The notes: generated by a model from the letters alone, not told the origin. 64,000 nt of DNA from an uncultured Candidatus Actinomarina sp. (GCA_902510055.1 CABWZY010000001.1:212-64211); one strand, 5' to 3'; shown: positions 28,449-38,667, numbered from the stretch's first letter. Numbers and translations are program-made.

Positions 28449-29276
28449 TTAAAGTTTTCCACTCTTTTCTTTTTCGATTTCTATTTTAAAAGAATCTTTA
28501 ATCACGCCGACAAGAGGGTCTTCTGAATACTCTGCTTCATCAATTCTTTTAACAAAGATTGCATGCTTTGCAGTAGATAAAACAAAAACTGTATCAACTT
28601 TGTAAAGTTCATCAATTGATATTCTCCCTACCCCTATATCAAATGCCCCGCTTTCTCCAATTTCAATTAAACACCTTCTAGTTACAGAATCTAATATTCC
28701 AAGATCTAAATCAGGAACAAAAACTTTACCTTCTTTTACCCAGCCTATTGAGAATGATGGACCTTCAAGCACTACTCCTTCTCTGTTTACTAATAAAGCA
28801 TCTGTAAATCCCTTTTTCTCAGCAAGTCTTGTTTCGTTCATATTCATTGCATAAGAAGTTGTTTTTGCTGCTATGTTATGGATTTCGTTTATTCCAAAAT
28901 CCCCACCTGCCATCCAGTGTGCTTTCTGTGATTGTAAGGAATAAGATTCTGGAAAAGAAACTGGTTCTTGATGAAAAATATACACATTAAATTCATCTAC
29001 AGAAACACCACGACCAATTATTACTCTGACATAACCGGTATCAAAATTTGAAGCTAATTTAATTAAATCTTGCTGTATTTTATTAAAATCAATATTTTCA
29101 AAATACATTTTTTTTGCAGAGTTCTTAAATCTATCCATATGCTTTTCTAGTGCAAATAAAAAGCCTCCGTGAATTCTTATAGCTTCAAAAATTCCATCGC
29201 CTCGCCAGACTACTAAATCTTGAACAGGAATACTGAAGTCCTCTTTTTTAACTACTTTTCCATTAAGTAAATACAT
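28449..29276 (-). CDS. Class IV aminotransferase (branched-chain / D-amino acid / ADC-lyase family)
   Basis: It shows family-level resemblance (RGDGIFEAIR..., VRVIIGRG). Its stop lies 14 nt upstream of the selD start. Confidence 0.75.
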   Translation of the reverse strand: MYLLNGKVVKKEDFSIPVQDLVVWRGDGIFEAIRIHGGFLFALEKHMDRFKNSAKKMYFENIDFNKIQQDLIKLASNFDTGYVRVIIGRGVSVDEFNVYIFHQEPVSFPESYSLQSQKAHWMAGGDFGINEIHNIAAKTTSYAMNMNETRLAEKKGFTDALLVNREGVVLEGPSFSIGWVKEGKVFVPDLDLGILDSVTRRCLIEIGESGAFDIGVGRISIDELYKVDTVFVLSTAKHAIFVKRIDEAEYSEDPLVGVIKDSFKIEIEKEKSGKL

Positions 29277-29279
29277 TTT

Positions 29280-30986
29280 CTAGTACCGATCTCTTATGTA
29301 GGTATTTGTTATAGGCATTCTTCTGTCTTTTCCAAAAGCCCTACTCGTTAATTTTACACCTGGAGCAACTTGCTTACGCTTATATTCATTTCTATCTATT
29401 TTTTCAAGAATATCAAATACAACATCTTTTTCAATTCCCGACTTTATTATTTTTTCAGATGAGTAGTCAAGCTCTATATACATCTTCAATATTTTGTCTA
29501 GTAAGTCATATTCTGGAAGTGTGTCAGAGTCATATTGACCTTCACTAAGCTCGGCACTTGGTTTTTTACTAATAATATTTTTTGGTATTACCTTTGAGAT
29601 TGAATTTCTATAATTAGAAAGTTTATAAACCTCTGTTTTATATACATCCTTCAATAAGGCGAAACCCCCAACTAAATCACCATATAAAGTTGAGTAACCA
29701 ACAGCCATTTCTGATTTATTCCCTGTTGAAACAACCATTGCTCCTAACTGGTTTGACAAAGCCATCAATATATTGCCTCTTATCCTGGCCTGTATGTTTT
29801 CTTTCACAACACTTTCTAAGCTCTCATCAATATTTGATCCTATAAGTTCTCTAAATTTTTCAGCAGTTTCTTCAATATTTATAGTCTTTAGCTCTATATT
29901 TAAATTTTTTGCCAAAGCTTCTGCGTCTTTTAGAGAGGACTCTGGATTAAATCTTGATGGCATGGCAACTCCAATAACATTCTCTGAAGATAAGGAGTCA
30001 ACTGCAATAGTAGCTGTCAAGGCAGAATCTATTCCTCCAGAAATACCTACTAGAACTTTTTTAAACTTATTTTTTCTAACATAATCAGATAACCCAAGTT
30101 TTAAGGCAGAATACATTGATTCAAGTTCTTCTAAGGGTTTTGTGCTTTCAATTGAAGGTAGGTCGGAATTTTTTTCATTTATTATAAGTTTATTTTCTGT
30201 ATTTATATCTTTGATCTCTAGGTCAATGTCAAAACTAAAAACTTCTTCAACAAATTGAGATGCTTCATGAATTATATTTCCATCAGAATCAACAACAAAA
30301 GAACCTCCGTCAAAAACTAACTCGTCCTGCCCCCCAACCATATTCAAATAAATTATCGGAACATTTAGTTTCTTAGCTTTATAAATTACTTTTTCTTTTC
30401 TTGATTTAGTTTTATCTATATCAAATGGGGAAGCATTTATATTTATTATTAAAGAAGCTCCTCTTTTAACTTGTTCTTCTGCTGGACCTTCATCAATCCA
30501 GATATCTTCACATACATTTATTCCTACGCCTACATCCTCATACCAAAATATTTCTTCTGGTTTTGTTCCTTTTGCAAAATATCTGGCTTCATCAAATACT
30601 GAATAATTTGGTAGATAACATTTATGATAAATTCCTTTAACATCACCATTCTGAACTATTGCTGCTGCATTAGTAATTTTTCTATCAACATTATCTGTTG
30701 TTTGCTCTTCTAGGCTTCTATCTACAAAACCAATTATCCCGCTTGTTCTACCAGAAAACTCTGCAATCTCTTCTAAAACTGCGAAATTTTTTCCTACAAA
30801 GCTTTCTCTTAAAAGTAAATCTTCAGGAGGATAACCTGTAATGCAGAGTTCTGGAAAAACAACTATATCTGAATTAATTTTTTCTGCTTGTTCTAAGGTG
30901 TTTAAAATTTTTGACTTATTTTCTTGAATTGCCCCAACTGAAAAAGATAATTGTGCACCAGTTATTCGTATTTTTTTTGTACCCAC
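29280..30986 (-). CDS. nadE: Glutamine-dependent NAD+ synthetase
   Basis: It has an N-terminal CN-hydrolase domain and a C-terminal synthetase domain with the GISGGIDSAL P-loop. Confidence 0.9.
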   Translation of the reverse strand: MGTKKIRITGAQLSFSVGAIQENKSKILNTLEQAEKINSDIVVFPELCITGYPPEDLLLRESFVGKNFAVLEEIAEFSGRTSGIIGFVDRSLEEQTTDNVDRKITNAAAIVQNGDVKGIYHKCYLPNYSVFDEARYFAKGTKPEEIFWYEDVGVGINVCEDIWIDEGPAEEQVKRGASLIININASPFDIDKTKSRKEKVIYKAKKLNVPIIYLNMVGGQDELVFDGGSFVVDSDGNIIHEASQFVEEVFSFDIDLEIKDINTENKLIINEKNSDLPSIESTKPLEELESMYSALKLGLSDYVRKNKFKKVLVGISGGIDSALTATIAVDSLSSENVIGVAMPSRFNPESSLKDAEALAKNLNIELKTINIEETAEKFRELIGSNIDESLESVVKENIQARIRGNILMALSNQLGAMVVSTGNKSEMAVGYSTLYGDLVGGFALLKDVYKTEVYKLSNYRNSISKVIPKNIISKKPSAELSEGQYDSDTLPEYDLLDKILKMYIELDYSSEKIIKSGIEKDVVFDILEKIDRNEYKRKQVAPGVKLTSRAFGKDRRMPITNTYIRDRY

Positions 30987-31011
30987 AATTTAATGATAGA
31001 TAGTTGGTTAA

Positions 31012-31431
31012 CTAAGAAGAGACCTTAATATCGATATCTTTTGATTCGTCTATCCATTTAGCAACTCTTTTGAGTGAAGGCACCCTGTCAACGATTTCTT
31101 GCTTACTATTCATTGCCGACATTGACTCATGAAGTGATTCTGGATTTCTTCTTTTAAGCTCTGAAACACTTTCTACACCTACAGCCTCTAGTAAGTCAGA
31201 ATAATCCCTTCCAAGGTCTCTTATTTTCATTAATTCAGCTCTTTTTGCCCAATGAAGAAGTTTTGGAGAACTAATTCCTGTTTCTTTTGTTAATAATGCT
31301 CTTCCTGATCTTGATGATGCTATCTGTAAAAATGTTACGGTTGTTCGAACTCTTGCTCTTCTTAATTTTGTAGCCTCTATGTGAGTCATACCGTTTATCG
31401 AATCTATTGAAGTCATTATTAAATTGTACAA
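31012..31431 (-). CDS. DUF4332-like helix-hairpin-helix protein
   Basis: The call rests on resemblance only (LMKIRDLGRDYSDLLEAVGVESVSEL). Confidence 0.45.
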   Translation of the reverse strand: MYNLIMTSIDSINGMTHIEATKLRRARVRTTVTFLQIASSRSGRALLTKETGISSPKLLHWAKRAELMKIRDLGRDYSDLLEAVGVESVSELKRRNPESLHESMSAMNSKQEIVDRVPSLKRVAKWIDESKDIDIKVSS

Positions 31432-31478
31432 AATATTATTTATAAGTGAAAAAGTTTTTTAATGAGATTTTCCCACTC

Positions 31479-32075
31479 TCAAAAATCTTTCTGCTCGTCA
31501 TAATCTGTTGGTTCTAGAAAATTAAAATTTACAACCTTAGATTTATACTCTGATGAGCCAAAAAAGTCTACCAAGTCAAAATTTTTGAATAAAGAGTCGT
31601 CTTCACCAAGAAGATTGTCATAAGTAAGAAGCTCAAGCTTATTCCAGAAGAATCTTGGGACAATAATTGGATAATTCATCTTATAACGGTATTTTGAAAT
31701 CACTACTTCGTCTTCTTTTTTTTTCGTTTTTATTAATTTATCAATAATTTTATTATTAACAGATGGCTGATCAGCCATAAAAATCATTGCGCTTTCAATT
31801 TCTTTATTTTCACTTAAATAAAATAATGCTGTTCTAATAGATGAAACTATTCCTTCCTCCCAGTTTTCATTTATTAAGATTGTGCTGTCTTTAAAATCTA
31901 GTTTTTCTGTAATTGTGTCATTCTCATGACCTAGGACTACTACTGCTTCTTCAAATTTAGAAGTTACAGTATCGACAACTGTCTCAAGGATTGTTTTTCC
32001 TTTATATTCTGCTAATTGTTTTGGAAAACCCATCCTTGAAGAATCTCCCGCAGCAAGAATTACGCCAGCTATCAT
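31479..32075 (-). CDS. MobA-like NTP transferase (MocA / YgfJ type nucleotidyltransferase)
   Basis: It has the N-terminal motif GVILAAGDSSRMGFPKQL. Confidence 0.65.
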   Translation of the reverse strand: MIAGVILAAGDSSRMGFPKQLAEYKGKTILETVVDTVTSKFEEAVVVLGHENDTITEKLDFKDSTILINENWEEGIVSSIRTALFYLSENKEIESAMIFMADQPSVNNKIIDKLIKTKKKEDEVVISKYRYKMNYPIIVPRFFWNKLELLTYDNLLGEDDSLFKNFDLVDFFGSSEYKSKVVNFNFLEPTDYDEQKDF

Positions 32076-32693
32076 TTAAAAACCTTCTAACAAAAAAGAG
32101 CTTGCAATGCTTGATCCAAGAACCAGTAATATGATTTCAAAATTTCTTAAATAGTAAACCTGTTTCAACCCAGACCCTAAACAAACTAAAGAATATATAC
32201 CTGTAAAAAAGACTATCGTTAACTTAAATCCAAATGAATTAATAAATAGTATTGGAATGTTTAAAAGGCCTACCACAGATGAGAATCCAAAAATAACAAC
32301 TATGTGTATAAAATTTGGATCTTTTCTAAATAAATATTTAATGAGGACAAAAATAAAACTTATACCAATAAGTGAAGAGACTAAACCTGTTCCTAAAGTT
32401 GCAAGCAGCCCAGTGAAAGTAGTTTCAGAACTAAATGTTATCTCTAATGCAGAAATAACATTTCTTAATTCAAGTAACGAAGCCTCTGGAAGTTGGGGTG
32501 CTAAAAAAGATAGGTTATTCTTTAAAAAATTAGCAAAATCCCTAAACAATGTAAATATGACCAGAACACTTGTTAAATAACTTACAGCCCATATTGCAAC
32601 TGCTCTCTGAACAGATGAACTATCGGTAATGAGCTCATTGTAAATGCTTTTGTCCAGTTTTAAAATTCTATAAAATATATTATTGTTTCGCAT
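32076..32693 (-). CDS. Yip1-family membrane protein
   Basis: It has 5 TM helices and a Yip1-like N-terminus. The family call is weak. Confidence 0.5.
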   Translation of the reverse strand: MRNNNIFYRILKLDKSIYNELITDSSSVQRAVAIWAVSYLTSVLVIFTLFRDFANFLKNNLSFLAPQLPEASLLELRNVISALEITFSSETTFTGLLATLGTGLVSSLIGISFIFVLIKYLFRKDPNFIHIVVIFGFSSVVGLLNIPILFINSFGFKLTIVFFTGIYSLVCLGSGLKQVYYLRNFEIILLVLGSSIASSFLLEGF

Positions 32694-32723
32694 ATAACTA
32701 CTCTCTACTTTAAAATCTACTGT

Positions 32724-33041
32724 ATGACTATAACAAAGGTAATATCTTATTTTATTTCTTTCGCAATGGCGAGCGTTATTCTATGGGCGCAAAATCAAAC
32801 AAGTTTATTTGATTCTCTAATACCTTCATTGCCTTGGGGTATAGTTTCATTAGTTGATTTATATTCCGGTTTTTTACTTATTGCGATTTGGATGATCTAT
32901 AGAGAAGGGAACTATTCTTCAATACTTTGGGTCTTCTTTCTTATGACTTTAGGTAACCTAACGACTGCAATTTATGTAATCTATTGTATAAATACTTCCA
33001 ATAACGATGTAAAAAAATTCTTCTTAGGTAAAAATATTTAA
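32724..33041 (+). CDS. Small 3-4 TM membrane protein (possibly DUF1475-like)
   Basis: It is a hydrophobic 105 aa ORF not overlapped by a better gene. The family guess is weak. Confidence 0.4.
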   Translation: MTITKVISYFISFAMASVILWAQNQTSLFDSLIPSLPWGIVSLVDLYSGFLLIAIWMIYREGNYSSILWVFFLMTLGNLTTAIYVIYCINTSNNDVKKFFLGKNI

Positions 33042-35197
33042 TCTTTCTTTAAGTTGTCTAACAAAATTAAGGATACGTCGCGAACTCTAACGTTATCTCC
33101 TTCACCCAGTTCTTTAACGCCATCGTCCATCATAATGTAACAAAAAGGACAGGCTACAGCAACTTCGTCTGCTCCTGTCTCAATAGCTTCTTGAGATCTT
33201 TCTATATTAACTTTCTTACCCGTATTCTCTTCCATCCACATTCTTCCGCCACCAGCACCGCAACAAAAGCTTTTGGTTCCTTGGCGTTTCATTTCTCTAA
33301 TCTCTATGCCTCCGATAGATCCTACTATTTCTCTTGGTGCTGTGTAAATGTCATTATGCCTACCCAGATAGCAAGAATCATGATATGTAATTGAGTAAGG
33401 CTTTTCAGCGTTTCCAACTTCTATTTTCCCAGACTGCACAAGTTCCGTTAATAATTGGCTATGGTGAATTACCTCAAAATTTCCACCTAATTGAGGATAT
33501 TCATTAGCAATAGTATTGAAACAATGAGGACACTGAGTTATGACTTTTTTAACATTCAGATTGTTCATATTTTCAATATTTTGAATTGCAAGTTGTTGAA
33601 ATACAAACTCATTTCCTGTTCTTCTTGCTGAATCACCTGTACATATTTCCTTTGGACCTAAAACTGCATATGATACATTTGCTCTTTTAAGTAAGGTTGC
33701 TACTGCTTTAGTAACGGGAATATTTCTATCATCAAATGCTCCTGCACATCCAATCCAGTAAAGATACTCTACTTCTTCTTTGTTATTTTCTTCTAATAGG
33801 GCGACATCGAAATCTAAATCTTCTGACCATTTCATTCTGTCATTCTGTGAAGCACCCCAAGGATTTGATGAATTCTCCATTGCAACATAAGCCTTCCCTA
33901 ACTCAGTTGGGAAATCCGAAGCCATTAATGCGAGATGTCTTCTCATGTCTAATATTTTGTCCAATATTTCAATATTTACAGGACAAATTTCATCACAAGC
34001 TTTACATGAAGTACAAGCCCATAACTCTTCTGTCGTTACTCTTTCAAATACACTCGAAGCTTTTACTTTAAGATCAATCGGTGTAGTTACTGTAGAAGGA
34101 ACAGGTGGATCGCCAGTCTCTGACATTACTTGTCCTACTTTAAGAATTATTTCTCTTGGATCTAATGGCTTACCTGTTAAATTTGCAGGACAAACCGATG
34201 TACATCTACCGCAAGCTGTACAAGCATCTAAATCTACAAGTTGTTTCCAAGTGAAATTTTCAATAAGTTCAACTCCTACAGTGTCTATATCTTCTAGCTC
34301 CATAAGGTTGCCTATGTCTTTCATAGCTCCTTTTGGTCTTTCATTTGGACTCAGGTACATATTCACAGGTGAAGTCACAATATGGCGCAGCTTGGACTGA
34401 GGAAGAACAATTAAAAATACAAAGAATGAAGCTACATGCAGTATCCAAGAAACTCTATGAAATAGAACACCACTTTCTATAGGTAATAACTCTGCAATGA
34501 AATAACCTACAAAGCTCCATTTTTCATAATTAGGAAAGCCTTCCACTATGATTCTTCCAGCTTCAGTAGTTAGACCAGACAGACCCATAAATCCTAGAAG
34601 AAGGAGGGTTAAATAATCATCCATCTTAGTTTTAGTTTTTAGCCTATCTTCTGTACCAAAAATTCTTCTGTATAAAGCCCAAGCTATACCTCCTAAGTAG
34701 ACCAAGGAAGCGAGCTCTAAAGCAAATGAATAAACTAGATAAGTAGTACCCTGTAAGAATTTTAATGATGGTGGCATCAAATGATGTATTTCGAGAGTTA
34801 TTGTCCCAGCAAACAGTCCTAAAAAGCCAATATAAATCATTGAATGCATTAATCCAGCAGCTTTAAATCTAAGTAATGTCTTCATTAGAAGTCCATCAAA
34901 TAAATTTATAATTCTTTGACTTAGCTTTACTTTTCTCTTCTCTTCAGTCCCTCTTGACCAGTTCTTAGCTCTTAAAGAGAATAAATAACCGCAGATGAAA
35001 ACTGAAGAAGCACTAAGTAAATAGAACAAATATTGGAGATACTTTGGTATATTTTCAAATACTCTTCTACCTTCTACTATTTCTCCTTCTGGAAATATAT
35101 AGCTTGCTCCCCATAAGAATAATGTTCCAAGTGCTGCCCCTGCTGAAAATAACAAAACATAATCATTTACTTGTCTATCTTTTTTTTGGCTATTCAT
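33038..35197 (-). CDS. Membrane-anchored Fe-S oxidoreductase (NarI/DsrM-like TM domain, 2x[4Fe-4S] and two CCG domains; HdrD/GlpC-like)
   Basis: It has CTACGRCTSVCP and CTSCKACDEICP ferredoxin motifs and CCG-type clusters (CPHC, CCGAGGG). I place the start at ATG 35197 (MNSQKK...), which overlaps the proC end by 8 nt. The longer track ORF runs into proC. Confidence 0.8.
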   Translation of the reverse strand: MNSQKKDRQVNDYVLLFSAGAALGTLFLWGASYIFPEGEIVEGRRVFENIPKYLQYLFYLLSASSVFICGYLFSLRAKNWSRGTEEKRKVKLSQRIINLFDGLLMKTLLRFKAAGLMHSMIYIGFLGLFAGTITLEIHHLMPPSLKFLQGTTYLVYSFALELASLVYLGGIAWALYRRIFGTEDRLKTKTKMDDYLTLLLLGFMGLSGLTTEAGRIIVEGFPNYEKWSFVGYFIAELLPIESGVLFHRVSWILHVASFFVFLIVLPQSKLRHIVTSPVNMYLSPNERPKGAMKDIGNLMELEDIDTVGVELIENFTWKQLVDLDACTACGRCTSVCPANLTGKPLDPREIILKVGQVMSETGDPPVPSTVTTPIDLKVKASSVFERVTTEELWACTSCKACDEICPVNIEILDKILDMRRHLALMASDFPTELGKAYVAMENSSNPWGASQNDRMKWSEDLDFDVALLEENNKEEVEYLYWIGCAGAFDDRNIPVTKAVATLLKRANVSYAVLGPKEICTGDSARRTGNEFVFQQLAIQNIENMNNLNVKKVITQCPHCFNTIANEYPQLGGNFEVIHHSQLLTELVQSGKIEVGNAEKPYSITYHDSCYLGRHNDIYTAPREIVGSIGGIEIREMKRQGTKSFCCGAGGGRMWMEENTGKKVNIERSQEAIETGADEVAVACPFCYIMMDDGVKELGEGDNVRVRDVSLILLDNLKKD

Positions 35198-35981
35198 TGT
35201 TAATTTCTTTTGATATCTCCATTGATCTTTCTGTTGCAGAATTGATTGCGTTGAAAATAATCTTATCAAAAGAATCATGCGTAAGCGAATTGATACCTGC
35301 CTCTGTTGTACCTTTGGGTGATTTTATTTTCTCTACAGTATCACTAAACTCCTCTTCATTGACTAATGCTGGTAGAGATTTGATAAGTTCCTTTACAATT
35401 TTGTTTGATTCTGATTTAGAAAGTCCTAATTCTAAAGCAGCCTCCACAATCTTTGAAGAAAGTTCTAGATACCAAGCTGGGCCACTTCCATATATTGATG
35501 TGATTATATGAAATAATTCTTCGTCGTATTCAGATATAGATCCTAAACCATTGAGTACTTCAAGAAATGATAAATAATCTTTCTCATAATTTTTTGTATA
35601 TGGAATAAAACCATTGTTATCTTTTATAGATAAATTTGGCATAAGACGAATAATTTTATTATTAATAAATTTTGATATATACGATGTGTTCACACCAGCT
35701 AATACTGTACAAATTAATACATCTTCTGAAATCTTTTCTTTATTTGTCTTTATAAAAAGATTTAAATCCTTTGGTTTAATACAGAGAACAAGAACTCCAT
35801 TTTCAATAACATCAATCTCTGTTTTTGGGTCAAGCTCAAATTGTTTTTTAATAAAATCAATAATTTTTGTTTCTTTTTCATAAAGATGAAATGTTAAGTT
35901 TTTATCAAGATTAATTAAACCCTGCAAAAGTGCTGAACCAAGGTTTCCTAGACCTACTATGTGTATATCCAAATTATTCAT
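35190..35981 (-). CDS. proC: Pyrroline-5-carboxylate reductase
   Basis: It has the N-terminal Rossmann motif IHIVGLGNLGSAL and P5CR C-terminal dimerisation motifs (SPKGTTEAG). Confidence 0.85.
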   Translation of the reverse strand: MNNLDIHIVGLGNLGSALLQGLINLDKNLTFHLYEKETKIIDFIKKQFELDPKTEIDVIENGVLVLCIKPKDLNLFIKTNKEKISEDVLICTVLAGVNTSYISKFINNKIIRLMPNLSIKDNNGFIPYTKNYEKDYLSFLEVLNGLGSISEYDEELFHIITSIYGSGPAWYLELSSKIVEAALELGLSKSESNKIVKELIKSLPALVNEEEFSDTVEKIKSPKGTTEAGINSLTHDSFDKIIFNAINSATERSMEISKEINNE

Positions 35982-36047
35982 TATTCAATAATATCAGCAT
36001 TAAAAGTAATGAAAGAATAGCTTTTTTTAGTAAAAAATAAAAAAAGT

Positions 36048-36075
36048 TTGTATTAAAACAGAAATATAGTATATT
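36048..36075 (+). promoter_or_regulatory. Possible sigma-70-type promoter of the heat-shock operon
   Basis: TTGTAT (36048-36053), 16 nt, then TATATT (36070-36075), just upstream of the palindrome. The AT-rich background makes this weak. Confidence 0.3.
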
Positions 36076-36081
36076 TATATT

Positions 36082-36107
36082 AAATCTAAGTAGATTTACT
36101 TAGATTT
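36082..36107. promoter_or_regulatory. Perfect 11-bp inverted repeat, candidate HspR operator (HAIR-like position)
   Basis: AAATCTAAGTA-GATT-TACTTAGATTT. The inner CTAAGT/ACTTAG recalls the HAIR half-sites CTTGAGT/ACTCAAG, but the spacing differs. It lies 37 nt upstream of the first cistron of an operon that ends in hspR. Confidence 0.55.
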
Positions 36108-36143
36108 TATTACTAAATAAAGTTAGATAAGAAAGGAATTATT

Positions 36144-36335
36144 ATGAGTTCTACATTAACAGCTTCTTCAGTGAAGCCTGGTGTCAGAAGATCTAAGAGC
36201 TACACATCAGGTCGTATCTGTGATTTTTCCGGATGCGCGACTGTAATAAGCATTTACAACAAAAAGAAACTATGTTTTCTTCACTCTCCAGTCTCTTATC
36301 CAAGGGTTAGAGGGCATTTACCAAGAGAACAATAA
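36144..36335 (+). CDS. 63 aa C-x4-C-x12-C-x2-H mini-protein, first cistron of the dnaK operon (paralog of 58137-58331)
   Basis: A purine-rich RBS (AAAGGAA) precedes the ATG. About half of its positions are identical to the second copy, including all four putative metal ligands and the SIYNK and YPRVRG blocks. Confidence 0.6.
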   Translation: MSSTLTASSVKPGVRRSKSYTSGRICDFSGCATVISIYNKKKLCFLHSPVSYPRVRGHLPREQ

Positions 36336-36368
36336 TCTCAAAAACTTTATTAGGAAAGGAAATCATCA

Positions 36369-38183
36369 ATGGGAAAAGCAGTAGGTATTGATTTAGGCAC
36401 TACGAATAGCGTAGTTGCTGTTTTAGAAGGCGGCGAGCCAACTGTAATAGCTAACGCAGAAGGTAATAGAACAACTCCTTCTATTGTTGCTTTTAAAGGC
36501 GAAGAAGTATTGGTCGGTGAATTAGCTAAAAGACAAGCAATTACAAATCCAGATAATACTGTAAGGTCAATAAAAAGAAAAATTGGCTCGAATTGGAAAG
36601 AAAAGTTTGAAAATAAAGAATATACACCTCAAGAAGTTTCTGCAAGGATTCTTCAAAAATTAAAAAGAGATGCTGAAAGCTATATAGGTGAAGATGTCAC
36701 AGATGCTGTAATAACAGTTCCAGCATATTTCAACGATGCGGAAAGACAAGCTACTAAAGAAGCTGGGCAAATCGCAGGATTAAATGTATTAAGAATTATT
36801 AATGAACCTACTGCGGCGGCTTTAGCCTATGGATTAGAAAATAATGAAGATCAAAAAATTTTAGTCTATGACTTAGGTGGAGGAACGTTTGATGTTTCTG
36901 TATTAGAGATTTCAGAAGGAGTTTTTGAAGTTAAGTCAACATCAGGTGATTCAAAACTAGGTGGAGATGACTGGGATGAAAGAGTAATGGACTGGTTAGT
37001 TGAAAAATTTAAGTCTTCAACAGGAATTGATATTTCAAAAGATAAAATGGCAATGCAGAGAATAAAAGAAGGTGCTGAAAAAGCAAAAATAGAGCTTTCT
37101 TCAACAACTGAAACTGAAATTAACTTGCCTTTCATTACAGCTAACGATTCAGGCCCGCAGCACTTGCTAGAAAAGTTATCAAGAAGTGAATTTGAAAAAA
37201 TTACATCAGATCTTGTAGATAGAACAAAAGACCCTGTAAATAAAGCTGTAAAAGACGCTGGATTATCTTTTTCAGATATTGAACACATAGTCTTAGTTGG
37301 TGGTTCAACTAGAATTCCTGCTGTACAAACACTTGTAAAATCTATAACTGGAAAAGATCCCTCTAAAGGTGTTAACCCCGATGAAGTAGTAGCTTCAGGT
37401 GCTGCTATTCAAGCAGGTGTACTAAAAGGTGATGTTAAAGATGTCTTGCTTCTTGATGTTACTCCCTTAACTCTTGGTGTTGAAACAAAGGGTGGAATTA
37501 TGACAAAAATGATTGAAAGAAACACAACAATACCAACAAAAAGGTCTGAAACATTTTCAACGGCTGACGACGGACAGACTCAAGTAGAAATTCATGTACT
37601 TCAAGGCGAAAGAGAAATGGCTTCTGGTAATAAGTCATTAGGTAAATTTAATTTAACTGATATCCCTTCAGCAAAAGCTGGAACACCCCAGATTGAAGTT
37701 ACTTTTGATATTGATGCTAACGGAATTGTTAATGTTAATGCAAAAGATCTTGGTACTGGTAAGGAACAAGCTATAACAATAACTGGTGGTACTGCTCTCG
37801 AAGAAGATGAAATAGAGAGAATGGTTAAGGATGCTGAGGAGCATGCAAATGAAGATGCTAAAAAGAAAGAGCTTGTTGAGACAAGAAACTTAGCTGAAAG
37901 CATGGTTACATCTACAGAAAAAATGCTTGAAGAGAATAAAGATAAAGCTACTGATGAGGAAATTAAAGCTATCAATGAAAGTAAAGATAACTTATCAAAA
38001 GTACTTGAAAATCAAGAAGCAAGTCTTGATGAAATGAAGAATTCAATTGAGGAGTTAACAAAAGCTAGTCAATCATTTGCAGAAAAACTTTATGCTGAAG
38101 CTCAACAAAGTAATGAAGTTTCTGAAAATGAAGAAACTAATGATGATGTTGTTGATGGTGAAGTCGTAGAAGAAGATGAGTAA
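36369..38183 (+). CDS. dnaK: Chaperone DnaK (Hsp70)
   Basis: It has [17 protein letters not shown] and the full Hsp70 architecture. Confidence 0.97.
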   Translation: MGKAVGIDLGTTNSVVAVLEGGEPTVIANAEGNRTTPSIVAFKGEEVLVGELAKRQAITNPDNTVRSIKRKIGSNWKEKFENKEYTPQEVSARILQKLKRDAESYIGEDVTDAVITVPAYFNDAERQATKEAGQIAGLNVLRIINEPTAAALAYGLENNEDQKILVYDLGGGTFDVSVLEISEGVFEVKSTSGDSKLGGDDWDERVMDWLVEKFKSSTGIDISKDKMAMQRIKEGAEKAKIELSSTTETEINLPFITANDSGPQHLLEKLSRSEFEKITSDLVDRTKDPVNKAVKDAGLSFSDIEHIVLVGGSTRIPAVQTLVKSITGKDPSKGVNPDEVVASGAAIQAGVLKGDVKDVLLLDVTPLTLGVETKGGIMTKMIERNTTIPTKRSETFSTADDGQTQVEIHVLQGEREMASGNKSLGKFNLTDIPSAKAGTPQIEVTFDIDANGIVNVNAKDLGTGKEQAITITGGTALEEDEIERMVKDAEEHANEDAKKKELVETRNLAESMVTSTEKMLEENKDKATDEEIKAINESKDNLSKVLENQEASLDEMKNSIEELTKASQSFAEKLYAEAQQSNEVSENEETNDDVVDGEVVEEDE

Positions 38184-38667
38184 AAAAAAGGCATCATCTA
38201 AGAAAAAAGATGATGAAAAAAATGAAGATAATTCTACAGAAGAAGAATCGCCCTCTATCCCTTTAGAAGATTACGAAAAAATAAAAGATGACTACTTAAG
38301 ACTTGCTGCAGATTTTGACAATTTTAAAAAAAGAACCGAAAAAGATAAAGAAAATCAATTAGTAGGGTCGCTATCAATTATATTGACTGGACTTTTCCCT
38401 CTTATAGATAACTTTGAAATAGCAATGGGCCAAGAAGAAGTTCCTAAAGAACTTGAGGCATTATATAAATTAGTGCTAACTTTTCTTGAAAATTTAAATA
38501 TTACTGAAGTGCCAGGAGTAGGAGAAAAATTTGACCCCTCATACCATGAAGCAATAGAACACTCGGGTGAAGGTGACGACCAAATAGTTGAAGAGGTTTT
38601 ACGAAAAGGTTATAAATTAGAAGATAGATTGATAAGGCCAGCAATGGTTAAAGTTCAAAGTGAATAG
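38176..38667 (+). CDS. grpE: Nucleotide exchange factor GrpE
   Basis: It has the GrpE core ([10 protein letters not shown]..., HEAIEH..., [16 protein letters not shown]) and overlaps dnaK. Confidence 0.9.
   Translation: MSKKKASSKKKDDEKNEDNSTEEESPSIPLEDYEKIKDDYLRLAADFDNFKKRTEKDKENQLVGSLSIILTGLFPLIDNFEIAMGQEEVPKELEALYKLVLTFLENLNITEVPGVGEKFDPSYHEAIEHSGEGDDQIVEEVLRKGYKLEDRLIRPAMVKVQSE

Noticed and set aside
31479-32075. The MobA/YgfJ-like nucleotidyltransferase as part of a selenium-dependent molybdenum hydroxylase maturation trait (YqeB/YqeC/YgfJ with selD).
   Set aside because: The window has no xanthine dehydrogenase-type hydroxylase and no yqeB or yqeC. The gene is separated from selD by three unrelated genes, and the Sec trait already explains selD.
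35198-35278. Longer N-terminal extension of the Fe-S reductase ORF (track start 35278).
   Set aside because: It would overlap 89 nt of proC coding sequence, and its sequence (MILLIRLFSTQS...) is not protein-like. The internal ATG 35197 gives an N-terminus (MNSQKKDRQ...) that leads straight into the first TM helix.
36866-37975. Long antisense ORFs inside dnaK (36866-37288 and 37601-37975). Similar shadow ORFs lie opposite selD, nadE, the Fe-S reductase, the M20 peptidase, aapJ, copA and ctaD.
   Set aside because: Each lies entirely within, and opposite to, a gene with unmistakable family motifs. Their translations are low-complexity (S/L/F/I-rich) with no recognisable domain. They are typical shadow frames.
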